This document shows, one piece after another, positions 18,001 through 30,346 of a DNA stretch of 64,000 bases. Made by a program: the position numbers and the translations under genes. The stretch is from the NCBI GenBank assembly GCA_037447605.1, contig CM074806.1, positions 4,939,672-5,003,671 on the forward strand, in the 5' to 3' direction. The DNA comes from Zygnema circumcarinatum SAG 698-1b. Its lineage: Eukaryota > Plantae > Zygnematophyceae. The notes beneath the pieces were generated by a model, which was not told the origin of the DNA, searched no databases, and saw nothing but the letters and a program-made list of their open reading frames with translations. Every line of letters begins with the position of its first letter. Position 1 is the stretch's first letter.

Positions 18001-19071
18001 ACAGTGAGGGGGCGCTTGTCATCTCAGGATGGGAAAGCAGAGCAGGTAAGCGAGGAAACGTCCACTTCTGGGAACGAGGAGAAGCAGGAGAGTGGCGGTA
18101 GCAGCTTCTTCACCGCATTTTTCACACCCGCTCAGGTGAGTCGAATTGCAAGTGCCATGATGTTTATTTCATTCAGCTGAAATTGTTTAAGTTTACACCA
18201 GCTTCAACTCCGCTCTTAGGTCGTTTGTTATCTGTGAACTATCCTAGCATCAGGTGTATGTCAGAGAAACCAGGTGGCCAGTTATAGGCGAATTGCTGGC
18301 CTTTGGATACAATCGTTCCATTCGCAGTTTTTCTCTGTTGTTTTGTTTTGCGTGGTCCATTATTTATTTACTTGGGCTTCATTGGTGGTTCCAGTTTTAT
18401 TTCGCGATTGTATTATGTGTGATCTGTTAGTAGACGATTGAATCATTCTGATTTACAAGTTTTTTCATTCTTCATTCTTTTAATATGTGAAGATTCAACT
18501 GTTGGTCCTCTACGTATCGGATTGACTGCTGAGCATCAGGAATGCAGGATGTTTCGCATTTCTACGAGCATTAGACCTTGCCAGAAATGTTAACGTTGCG
18601 CTGTGTTGCGAGGCAGGGAGCCGAAGGCAAGGGGACGCAGGCGGCAGCTTCCGATAGCCAGAGCAGCGCGGCGCAGTCGTCGGACACCTCTCACGTCGCT
18701 GCGAACCCGGCAAAAGGGTTCTTCGACCTGTTCTCTCCTTCTGTGGTGAGCACTGGAGCCATCCACCTTCTCCTCTCTGCTTCCAAAGGGGTGAGGAATC
18801 CCTGCTGCTGTTGTTAAAAGTGAGGCACCTTTTGTGGTTGTGAGGGCAGAAGCCCAAGGACGGTACAGCTGCTTCAGCCGCTGCCGCCGCTGGGAGCACC
18901 TCCGGCACTGACTCTGCGGAGGCGTCGAAGCCTTCCACGTCCAAAAGCCTGACTGACATCTTCAATGACTTGAAGGTCAATTGGACACAGCCTCCAAAAG
19001 CACCCGTTCAAGCGCCTACTCTTAGTTCTTCGCCGCAAAATCCGACGGAGAAGAAAGTAAACCTGTCATAG
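15072..19071 (+). CDS. Chaperone DnaJ10-like protein, paralog 1 (J-domain + DnaJ-X domain + low-complexity tail), about 12 exons
   Basis: Exons 15072-15158 (YYDLLGV), 15244-15303 (HPD motif), 15457-15539, 15909-16113, 16373-16502, 16634-16792 ([13 protein letters not shown]), 16921-17096 ([10 protein letters not shown]), 17290-17370 (GC donor). Tail exons 17537-17677, 18028-18135, 18617-18745, 18850-19071 are phase-consistent but lack homology support, so the 3' end is less certain. Confidence 0.85.
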
Positions 19072-20092
19072 AGATGCAATGTAGTGTACAGTGTTTATAA
19101 TTACTTTGTGCCCGCCGCAGCTGTTGTCCTGGGCAGGGAGCTGCGCAACCGGGGCTAGATTGGTACATAAGATGATTATTTTCGAAATAATTGAAGGTTG
19201 CTATGTCACAGCACTCAAGTGATTTAACTGGCTTTGGATGCAATTTATCAGCGCACCGCACAGGCGAAGTCCTCTCACTCGCATGGCACGCTTCTTGTAG
19301 AGAATGCGTTCTTACTGGTGGAAGCCCGCCGCCCTCCCGCCCGGCCGGAGCCGGCAGGGAACGGATGCAAAAAGAGCTTGACACTTGCTGCCAACTTGGA
19401 AAAGCGCGAAGAGTAATTCCTTGTGAACGAAGCATCGCGCTCCAACGGAACTGTTCCTGCCCGCTATTGCATATTTTCTGAGTTCTGTCTGCATCTTTTA
19501 GCCACATCGGCTGGTCCACCGTGTTGCCGCCTGCTGCCGCTGTCCTGTGCTCTCCTGTCCGCCTCCGCCACTGCCTTGGGCGCGGCTCTGGCTCGGGCTC
19601 TGGCTCTGGCAGGCTCTGGCACCAGGTAGCCGCCCGCAGGATTTTGCCAACAGACTGCGCAAAGGGAGCTGCACTCGGCACAATGACCGATGCTTCAAGC
19701 AATGTGTGAATCAGTTCAGCTGCACGAGCAACCATTCGAGGTTCCTGACAGCAGTGCAATAAATTGAAGCAGTCTTTACGTTCGAAGTTCTCGTTATGAT
19801 TTTACTTAATAGGCAGACTCGTAGACACAATTGTGAGTCCAAAGTGCCGAGCCAAGGGTCAAAATAGGATAAACTTTTGAAACGGCTTTCGACAACCTTG
19901 ATGGACGCGCCTTGCTGAAACGTTCTGCGTGGGAACACCTTTCTTTCTGTTCCATTATTGGGGAGCAATGCAAAACTGGAGACCACCAAAATAGCTGGCA
20001 CTTTCTTGTGGTGCTGCAAAGGCAGAATTTGTTCTCAGGACAGTGAGAAGCGGCGAGGACAGCCGGCACTCCGCTGGGGAGCGAGGCCGGCG

Positions 20093-23000
20093 CTATGGGG
20101 CCGCCATGGGAAGCTTGGCGAGGTCCGGGATCCAAAGCGCGAGCAGGACGGAGGCGCTGGCGAACATGAGGCGGCGCGGGGCCCACTTCACCACCGCGGG
20201 GACGCCGGCGTGGCCGCTCCACAGGGCCACCTGTCCCCTTCCCATTGAGCCATGAGTCGCTGCACAGACAGACGGCTGCCCAAGAAGGCCAACACTGCAT
20301 ATCTCCAGAAGGTCATCCACAATTTTGCAAAGGAACCGTAGAACTGCGAAACAAGGAAACTGGACACACTGAAAATTTCAGAGGGATGAGGCAGAACAGG
20401 AAAAGTAAATGAAGGACGGGATTTTGAATAAATCGATTAAGGGATTTGATAGTGGCATCAGAATCCACAAACAGGAAGGAAAATGTTGGCGAAGTCCTGT
20501 TTGAGTCAGACGCGACCTTTCACAGTCAACTGCCCTGTGCAGGAAGTGAGATGTAAAAAGCAGGTGATGGCAAGCCATTTGCAGCCTGTTCAATTCCATT
20601 TCTAGAATTCTGCAAGGCTGGAAAAATGCGCAAGCCACTTGAATAAGGGAACATAAAGCTGCACGCACCTGCTGCCCATTTTCTGTACTCCATGCACGCA
20701 GGTTACCATCACCAGATCCTGCTGAGCCGGCGAGTGAAATCATTAGCATCAGAAAGCATGCGGATTGCAACCACAGCCGGCACGGAAAAGAGGCCACACT
20801 GCAGCAATGTGCACCTGACACAACGTAGCGGCCGTCCGGGCTGAAGCACGCCTCTAACGATGCACCGTCTGCATCAGGCAGCAGCGCAAATGTGTGCAGC
20901 TGCACCAAAGTCGTATCAGCCTTACAATGTCGCTGCTGACAATTCAGGTTCATCTCACATACGAGTCCCGTATTATGGACAGATAAGCAGCAGCATTATT
21001 CTGCGGAAACAATTCAGGAAGACCATTTGTGCAGTAGATGTGTTCTTGGATGTATCAAGAAGCCAAGCGTGCTAGTCATATGTGTGCCAATTCACCTTTC
21101 TCCCCGAGTATGCATCGAGTACGTAGGTTCTGCTGCTGCTGGTCGACAGCAGCATCATCTTCCCATCATTGCTAAATTTAATGCCTGTAACCTCCGCAGT
21201 GTCGCCACCGACCAAGAAGGTGTCGAACGGTCCCTGCAGGTTCACAAAAAGAGCCTTAATGTCTTACTTTGTCGTTAACAATCCCACAACGCTTGGCACA
21301 GTGCTGGCTATCAAATTTAAGCGGCCAGGCTCTTCAATCGTTACCAAGAATGAGAATATATCATTCGACAGACAAGGCAGCTGCCTTCGAGCAATAGAGT
21401 AATTTTCCCATCAAGTGAGCATTGGCTTTCTAGTCCCAAATCGAAGAAAAACAGAAACACAAGTCCTCGACTGACCTTATCATACGATCGCACATCAAAA
21501 AGTTTGATAGCTCCCCCCTCCATGGCCACGGCGAACACCAGGCCCTGCTGGTCGTACGCCACAGCAGGCCGCCCACGCACTCGCATTTGCCCCTGTTGTC
21601 ACACAGGCGCTTCTCAGGGCCCCGACCTTTGCACAACATTCTGAGCGAACAAGCATCCATCGTTCGAAGAATGCGATCAGTCTCTGAGGTGATGAGCTGC
21701 ACCTGACATGCATTGCTTCTTAGGTCCCAGAGGCGGACAGTGTGATCCAGCGATCCAGACATGAAGGAATCGTTCTTGGGCGACATGCAGAGTGCCACAA
21801 CTCTGCAATCCACAGACTCATCAATCAATCAATCAAACAATCAGCATTTCATGAACCAGCTTGGCCCTCAAAACGAAGGAAGGCTTTGTATCGAACTACT
21901 CTACTTTTCCAAAGAGCAAAGAATCTACCGCACTTCTTGTGACAAGAAAATCAGCAGCAATCAGAGGCAGAGAAATCGTGCAAAATGCTGCTCAATTCAA
22001 CTGAAAGAAAAATGACTTCTAAATGACAAACCACCAATACAGTATGTCATTTATCAGGGATGAGAAACAGAAAGTGTCACATCGTTCAGATTTTCTAGCA
22101 GGGAGACCCACTGCTGCTTCCCGCAATGACTTCTTCCTGCGTGTGGCAAATCAGCAGATGCACACTGCTGCCTACAGTCGAAGAGCTCACCTTGTCCAAC
22201 AGCAATTCAGTGATTATCTCACCCCTTATGCAGTGCAATAACCAATTTTACGATATCTTTTGTCTAAGGAGGAGTCATAGCACAAGTTTTTCTCTTCTTT
22301 TCTTCTCAAAACAATGAACTAATGTAAGAAAATTTTAAGAGTTCAGAGTGAATGTGGAAGGAACGAGTGCCAAACCGATCGCGATGACCCTTGAAGTAGC
22401 GAACGTAACGATTGTCATATAGGGAAAGGTACCGAAGTGACTCTACAACCCACAAACCTCAGCAATCAGCTGCGGGACCATGCTCTCCACCACCTTCACG
22501 TTTCTGATAACGGACACTCATGAAAAACGACAGTCTTATTAAGTCAATGACGCATTTTCACTTGCAGACCACTTCTAGGCTCTGTTGACGATCAGACGGC
22601 ATCGTTACCCTCAACAGCATGATGGTGTAAGCTGATACATACCATCCCAACCGTTCTTGGAGGAGTACAGCACAGAGCTGGCATGATGAGTGAAGCAAAT
22701 CTGGTCGACCCCATATTTCTTGCTGTGTATCACCTTCTCGCACCTGCGCCCAACACCGCCAAAAGCTGCAATAAAACGCTAGCGCACAGACGACCGGCCT
22801 GCAGGCGTGATGCCACTTCTAGCCCTAACCCTGTCCTGAAAAGCAGCGATTCCTACGTGGCAGAAGCAGTATTGTAAAGTCGGATCGCCTCGTCGTCGCT
22901 TGCAGTCACCAGCAGATCCTCGGTGCGATGGAAGTCTAAAGAGTTAATGCGTCCATTCTACATCCAAATGCAATTCGTCATCCAGGGAAGCTTCAAGCCA

Positions 23001-23237
23001 AACTAACGAACGTAATTCAAACCGGTCCTTCCACCCTTCCAAAGTATTACTAACTTCTTCTCACAGGGAGACACTTAGGTTTATGTACGGTGTAGCTGGT
23101 ATTGAAACAAGCATCCTGGAGGCCTGTCCTTTCAAAAATCCATGCCCATCTCCGCGTCTCCCCCGTATCTCACATACATAGTCCTTGAAGACAGCCCCCA
23201 TCGCCATGCTGCTGACAACAGCATCTGTCAGCTCCAT
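20093..23237 (-). CDS. WDR82: WDR82/Swd2 (plant APRF1-like) WD40 protein, 10 exons
   Basis: Spliced exons give [151 protein letters not shown]. Stop at 20093. Confidence 0.93.
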
Positions 23238-23894
23238 GACTCTTGAATAGTTTCCAACGTATGTTTGAACGGTCTGTCCTCAGAGTACGACTGAAGTCAA
23301 TTTCATAATTAGGCGAGAAACAAATTCACCTGCAACCGCAATATTATTGCATCAGCAATCGACTAGTGCTAGCTCTCTGTGGCTCCTCTTTCCACATGCT
23401 TTGCCCAACCCAAACCAACCCAACCCAGACCTGTCGTTCGCTGAACTTGAAACGCGATATTGACGGCTCATTGGAGTACAGCGAGAGCCCCATGAGCTCT
23501 CCCCCCCCGTCAGAACAGCCTCGAGCGAGGAGGCGGGGCCTTGCTGTGCCCGTGCCCCCCCCGACAGCCCGCCCGCTAGACGTACAGTACCGGACCGTAC
23601 CGTGCCGGCGGGCGGGCGGGCGCTTGCTGCTCGGGCTCGGGCTCGGGCAGGGAGGGGAGGGGAGCCGGCCCGATCGCTTGCCCGGCCGCCCGCCTGCCTG
23701 CCTGCTTGGAGTGAGTGGGGCTGCGCTGGGCCGGGCTGCACTGACTGACTGAGTCTGCGGAGGGAGGGAGGGAGGGATTGCGGCGCTGTTGCTTGCTCTG
23801 CCGCGCGCACATCTCCCAGTCCTGAGGCTGTCCGCCCGCGGCCGACACTAGGGGCGAGAAGGGGCAAGGACTGCGGCCCGCTGTTGGGGGGAGC
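23238..23894. promoter_or_regulatory. Bidirectional promoter/leader shared by WDR82 (-) and DnaJ paralog 2 (+)
   Basis: 657 bp between divergent ATGs. GTACAGTAC at 23582-23590 and GTAC at 23597; (CCTG)n and (GGGA)n microsatellites. Confidence 0.65.
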
Positions 23895-26800
23895 ATGTCT
23901 CCTGTGAAGGACACCGAGTACTACGACCTGTTGGGGGTGCCCTCGGACGCTGATGCAAGCGCCATTAAAAAGGCCTACTATATGCAGGTTGGTCAGCGTG
24001 CCGTGCAGGGGCAGAGCACGATACAGTAAGGGTACACGGAGCACGAAGAACTGCCCCTTCGGTGTTCGGATTTGAAATTTCATGGAGCACCTTCTCTTTT
24101 CAGTCTGTATGAATTGAGGCAGGCCATGATCCTGAGTGATAGTTGTGGAAACACGGCTGTTTCGGGTACAGGCACGCAAGGTTCATCCTGACAAGAATCC
24201 CAACGACCCGGGCGCTGCAGCGAAGTTTCAGGTTTGGACTTTTAACTCCTTAACCGGTCATACTAAAGCTGAAGAATGCTGCTCTTTGGACACTAGTTTA
24301 CCATACGGGGAGGGGAACAGGCGCTGGGAGAGGCATATCAGGTGCTCAGTGATCCGGAGCAGCGCAAGCGATACGATGAGGCGGGAAAGTCTGGCGTCTC
24401 TACGTAAGCGACGGCGCTGCTAATGTGCTGTTGCCCATTACCACTCGATATCAGGGTTGCTTGCAGAGGACACCTGAAAGCTTTTTAAATATTTTTCAAC
24501 GTTTACCGTATCTTCTTGTGTTATCTGCCCCTTGCAAGGTATGCTTATAATCTCTATTTTTGCTTGTCGTCGGTCAGGGAGCAAATGATGGATCCAACAC
24601 AGGTATTTGGAATGCTATTTGGAAGTGAGGTCTTTGACGAGTACGTCGGACAACTGCGGTTAGCGACTGTTGCGTCTATGGCTGCCGATGCCGGTGGAGC
24701 CTCTGCAGACGATCTAAGCAAGCCTGGAACTGCAGGTTCCATTGATACTGATCAGCTACAGCAAAAGCTTAACGTGTGCTTGCTCAACCATTCAACTTCG
24801 TGTTCACAGAAGTGCTTCTGAGAGTTCTTGGATCAGGCGAACCTTTCTGTTGACCTGGGATAGTAGCAAAGAGGCTGGCTTGGGGGGGGGGCAAGCAGAG
24901 TGAGATTTTTTGCTGATGGAGAAATTTAGCTGGCAACAGAGTGTCTTCGTGAATGTTTTGATATGTTTGAAACCGCGATACTTGCCTCAGTTTGTTTTTC
25001 GTGCAATCACTTGAGCTGAGAATAAGTTTTCGGTGGCCATTTTCTCGTAGTTTTTCGCTTATGCTTTCAATCTATATGTAATGAAAAGTCTTGTTTTACA
25101 GGTTTTTTCAGCTGTTTTTCAGCTTGTTGACATTTTAGAGGAGATTTGTTGGTCGAGGACAGGTAACACAGGAAGACCGGGTCAAAAAACTGGTTGAACA
25201 GCTGAAGAATAGGCTCCACTTATACGTTTCTGGGGATAAACAAGGCTTCCTTGCATGGGCAGAAAGCGAAGCGGAGCAGCTCGGTCATGCTGGTAAGCCT
25301 GTTACTTTGACCCTTAACGAGCTTTCAGTATGATGCAGGATAGGCCCATTTGTCTAAACAAGTACACTTTGAAAGAAGCATTGAACTCAAATTTCAACTT
25401 GAAGGAAGCATCCAAGAAGCATAGGATGTAGGTGAGTTGCAGCGGTATTCTCAAGGAGTTTTTGGGTATGGTCTTGGGCAGCATTTGGGTTGGAGATGCT
25501 GCAGACAATAGGGTACATGTACGAGCGTATTGCAGCTAAACAGCTAGGGAAGAATCCAATGTATTTGGGACTGCCATTCGTGGCAGAGTGGCTTCGAGAC
25601 AAAGGCCACCGCGTGCACAGCAGTGTCACTGCCATCCAGGGTGAGCTCTCTGCATTTCTGAACTTTGCTCTGCAATGTCTACAATGGCGTCCAATTGTCA
25701 CATGAAAGACCTTGATTTGAAAGTTGGAGATCCAGTTTCGTTGGGAACTTTTCCACGAAAGCAATGTTACCATACCACTGAGGGGTTAACATCAAAAGCC
25801 TATTCTGAGATCATTGATTAGAGAAGTGAAGTTCTGGCCAACTCATTCATCTCGAGCAAGAGTGCGAACGAGTTCTCTGTCAATGCACAAATGTTTATCA
25901 AGCAAAGTGCACAGAAACATAGCGTCATGTCCCTTTTTGTTACGAATGATAAAAACTATGTCATGGGGGGGAAATGCAGGCGCCATCCAACTCATGCAGC
26001 TTCAGCAAGAGGTAAAGGAGCAGTTCACAGGGGCGGAAACTGCTGATGAAACAGCCATGTCACAGTTCATGGAAAGTCGGCAGCAGTATGTCCTGCAGTC
26101 ACTGTGGAAGTTGAACGCTGTGGACATTGAGAACACCCTTACAACAGTTTGTACCAGGGTGAGTTGGATTAGAAGCTGTTCTGAAGCCAAGCGTATTCCA
26201 CTGAGTAGGAGCACTTACTTTCGGCATAATCAATCACGGGCTTTATTTCTTCTGGGGTAAACAAGAGTATTTCATGTCCAACAAGTTCATGACTCATGTC
26301 ATAAAGCTTTCTCACAGGAGGCTGCCTGCTTGCTGGAGTGGAAAGATATATAGACTGGCGACAACATATGTGTGGAAGTAAGGTTAAGGTGCCGTCCATG
26401 TTTACGTCAGAATAAGGTTTATTTTGAGCTGCAGTGAACGTAAACAGGGCGGCCCATCGTGCAGCAGTTGTTGGCTGAATAATATTACTAATTTCTGGCG
26501 TAGATAACTTGGCTGTTGCTGCTGTTGGCGAGCTCTATTTCTGGCCAAGTTTCATAGGTTGGTAGACGAAAGGACATGTGCGTATACTGCAGGTGACTCT
26601 TTTTGAAAGGTAGAAAGGCAATTTGTTCATTTCTTTGGCCAGAGAAAACGAAATCAGGCATAGGTTGGTGTTTTCATAAGCCGAAGTGAGAACTGTTTGG
26701 AAACAGGTGCTAGCAGAGCATGGAGTTCCGAAGGACATACTGAAGGCGCGTGCGAAAGGACTTAAAAAGCTGGGAGCGACTTTTCAGGTAAGGGCGGGTA

Positions 26801-28630
26801 GAGGGGTTGCCTATCACTGCTCGGCATGCATTAATTGAAAACAAAGGATTGTTTTTTTTTTATATTCAGTGAAAAGGAATCACCAATAATGGTAGCTTTA
26901 CCATTATTCGCGGTAAAGCGAATAGTCGCGGCATTTCGGGAGTTTCGAGAACTCCATTCGCAGTGGCCATCCTTGATTCAGTGGTCTTCCACGACTGAGA
27001 CACGTAGCTGCGTACGAAGAGAGAGCGACAACAAGGAAGTGGTAGAGGCCGGTTTCTGGGGCTAGCTGTGAACTGGAGAGGGTCCAGCGAATCTTGTGGC
27101 CATTATTCATATCACAACAGATGCATCACTGGCCGGTACCCCATCAAAATGAACTCGTGTATTTTCGAAGTACACTTATGGTTGGATGGGAAACGAAGCC
27201 TACATGGGCCACGAAAAGAAGCCTATGTTTTGATGGAATGAAGCACATCATTGATGATCTAGAATGAGCAGAAAATTTGTCCGTTATTACTAAACTATAG
27301 GACTAGAAGATAACAGTGCTGAATCCTAGGTGTAGATGCCAGATCCTTCAGGTCACATCAACAACATCTATTTCACAAACAGAGTTGAAGGTGAAACTTC
27401 GGAAGACTACGCATGGTAACTAGTGCATTTGCTTCATCGTATGTTTAGATGGAACGGGTCGGAGACAGACGTGTCATTAGAATGTAATATTGAGGAAATA
27501 CAAACTTGTGATCTTGAAGATAGCAGAATCATAACAGCAGAACACAAAAATTTACATGGTAAAGTCTATTTGCTGTGCAGAGCTGCCTACTTATTGCGAC
27601 ACATGTCGGGCGTGATTTTGTTTGGCGCTTACATGCAAAGCTGTGTTGCATGGACATTGCAGGCAGCGGTGAAGGGCGAGAATCAAAAACGAATACCAGG
27701 AGGGAATGGGAAATCTGGGAACAGGACTTATAGCATGCTGCACAGTGAAGAATCTGAGGCCTCGTCCAGCAACAATCCCCCACCTCGAAACTTTTTCAAC
27801 TTTGGAGGATCCACACAGCCCCCAGTATGACTTTCTTAGTCCCTGAGCAAGGGGTTGAAAAAGGTTGTTTTGTTTTAGTTGAACTGAACTGAACATTAAC
27901 TGCTGCCTGGCTGTCCTTTGTCCATCCTTTGGCGTCTTTGTGTTGTATTTCTATCATGAATTGGTGTTGGAGCTCTCCTGCAACATAGACCAGCATAATG
28001 ATGAAAGGGAGTTGGTCATTCACGATTTTAACACAGTTGTTTTAAAAAAGTAGCGATTGCTTCAATTGCTCCCCTATGTAGTTAGAGAGATTGGTGATCA
28101 GACCATTTTTGCAGCGGCCATTGCTTTGGGCAGGTGGTTGCTTCTGCGACCTAAAATAGCAGGCTTTGTGCATGCAAGTGATTGCAGGTGCAGCCTGGGT
28201 CGTCTTCAGAAGGCCATACGTATGCAGGATATCGACAGGGTGGCGCTCCTGCTGCGCCTCCTGGAGCGGCTCCTTCATCTGGGGACGGTCCTTTTGGAAT
28301 ACACCCTCCAAATCCAAATGCCTCGTATCAGGCGGGCTTTGCGTCGGTAAGTTCTGCTGAGCCCAGCATGTTGTATTGTTGACAACTAAGGGCTCATTTT
28401 GTATAAGCCAGAGTCCCCCTGCTCATGATCCTGATTACGTTGTTGGGGCCGGTTTCTGGATGCAGCAGTCTGGAGGCTCAGGCGCTTCAGCAGCGAGCTC
28501 CGGTGCTGCTCCAGCTTTTGAAACTATGACTATCAGTGAGCTGAAAGGTTTCCTGAGCAGTCGTGGGGTCTCTACCATTGGCCTTCTTGAGAGACAAGAT
28601 CTTGTGGCGCGCGCTAAGGAAGTATGTTAG
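23895..28630 (+). CDS. Chaperone DnaJ10-like protein, paralog 2 (J-domain + DnaJ-X + C-terminal SAP/ARMET_C-like helical motif), 11 exons
   Basis: Exons 23895-23987, 24172-24231 (HPDKNPND), 24321-24403, 24578-24773, 25163-25292, 25482-25640, 25980-26158, 26707-26787, 27663-27824, 28188-28346, about 28411-28630. The first eight intron positions match paralog 1. Confidence 0.9.
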
Positions 28631-29786
28631 GAATGGCGCTCATTCTCCTGTAGGGCTGATTTGAGTGAATGCAGAAGTTGCAGGACAGGTGGTCCAACTT
28701 CTCTCACTGCTTTGATCAGCATGCTGCCCATTGAGCCCATTGCTTAAGGGACACGCAGCCAGAGGATTCCTTCAATGCAAAGTGCTTTGCCTTTTGAATC
28801 CATTAGGGTGCAAAAGTGTAGGGGTACATTTTGGTCCATCGACCAAAATTGGTATTGCTCCCATAAACCCGCTGGTCATTCTCTAAATAAGGGATTAGAT
28901 ATGTTGTAAACGGTCCATGAATAAAGTTTCATGAATAAAGTTTCCGTTATGTTAGAAAGTTGTACCTGCATGCGTGGAGGAGAGGGCCCGGAGGTGGGCT
29001 TCTATTCCTGCTTTGGCGCAGTGCGTTCAGGCGACCAGCAGCGATGCCCTGCAACGCCCTTCACTGTCGCCATCCGCCGAGTAGGTGCTGCGTCGGGCGG
29101 CGCCTCGCCTCGCTCCCTCCCTCGGCTGCGGCGGCTGCCTGCGGCCGCTCGCGGAACCGTTGGATCATTTGTTTCAGACAACAACTAGATTTTGACAATC
29201 ATTGGCGTTGTGCGAGGTTAAGCTGACGGGAGTCAATTTAATCCATTATTGTTAGAATCTCAAGCCACAATAGGTTGGAATCCACATGGGCGAGTGCACA
29301 GAGATAATTCTACAACTTCAGCGAGTCTAATGTTCAAGCTTGCAGTATCAGTTTGAACAATTTATCTACTGTGTGTCGATGGTTGGGCCATTGCGAGTAA
29401 TGGCACTCAGAGAATCTGCCTATGTACTTACAGTTGCCAACCGAGTTATATCGAAACGTAGCGACACTTAAAGTTTTCACACCTGTACATTGCACATCAA
29501 CGAATTACATAACACACATGCAATACCCAACAATGTGTGTCGAAACAACAAACAAGTACCTACAACGCAACATCCATAACATGTACTATGTATGTATGGC
29601 AACAGCCATTGCACCAACATAAGACATGCGCAGCACCAGGAACAGGCCGTGCCACCGCCGTCCAATTTGGCACGCCCTCGCCGGCGCTACATTTAGTATT
29701 ACTGTACTGAATGGTCCCGGAGCTTGATTCGTCCTGTGCCGTACAGGGCTCCAGCACTGTACGGTACTGTACGAAACGCGTTCGTG

Positions 29787-29814
29787 GCCATGCCATGCCA
29801 TGTCATGCCATGCC
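29787..29814. repeat. (GCCAT)n pentamer microsatellite upstream of FREE1
   Basis: gccat gccat gccat gtcat gccat gcc. Confidence 0.85.
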
Positions 29815-29916
29815 GTCCCGTCCCTTCCTTTCCCTTGTCTTCCCGCCCGCCGTTGCGGGCCAGCGCCTTGCCGTCCCGTCCCATCCGCCGTCTGCACAGA
29901 CAGACACCCTTCCTCC

Positions 29917-30300
29917 CCTCTCGTCTCTCTCCTCTCGCCCTCCCTCTCCGTGTGGCATCCATCTTCCCCTCTCCTCGCACCCACTCGTCTCTCTTCTCGC
30001 CTTCCCTCCTTCTCCGTGCGGCCTCCCTCTTGCCCTCTCCTCGCGCCCTCTCATCTCTCTCCTCTCGCCCTCCCTCCCTCTCCGTGCGGCCTCTTTCTTG
30101 CCCTCTCCTCGCGCCCTCTCGTCTCTCTCCTCGCGCCCTCCCTGCCTCTCCTTGCGGCCTCCCTCTTGCCCTCTCCTCGCGGCCTCTCCTCACGCCCTCT
30201 CGTCTCGCGCCCTCTCGTCTCTCTCCTCGCGCCCTCCCTCCCTCTCCTTGCGGCCTCCCTCTTGCCCTCTCCTCGCGCCCTCCCTCCCTCCCTCCCTCCC
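29917..30300 (+). repeat. Pyrimidine-rich 66-68-bp minisatellite (about 5 imperfect copies) in the FREE1 leader
   Basis: Anchor G(T/C)GGC at 29952, 30018, 30086, 30154, 30250 (spacing 66, 68, 68, 96). It explains the spurious long ORFs 29699-30584. Confidence 0.85.
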
Positions 30301-30346
30301 TCTCCTCGCGGGCGCCCTCTCGCCCCGTGGCAGCCCTCTCGCAGCG

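Noticed and set aside
19100-19760. 245-aa minus-strand ORF and exon-like segments between DnaJ1 and WDR82
   Set aside because: No recognisable motif and no phase-consistent multi-exon model. It probably holds the convergent 3' UTRs, although further DnaJ1 tail exons cannot be excluded.
27240-28130. Intronic box C/D snoRNA candidates (TGATGA motifs)
   Set aside because: No properly spaced CTGA box D with a terminal stem.
28916-28943. 14-bp direct duplication CATGAATAAAGTTT x2
   Set aside because: Real but isolated; simple slippage is sufficient and no element lies between the copies.
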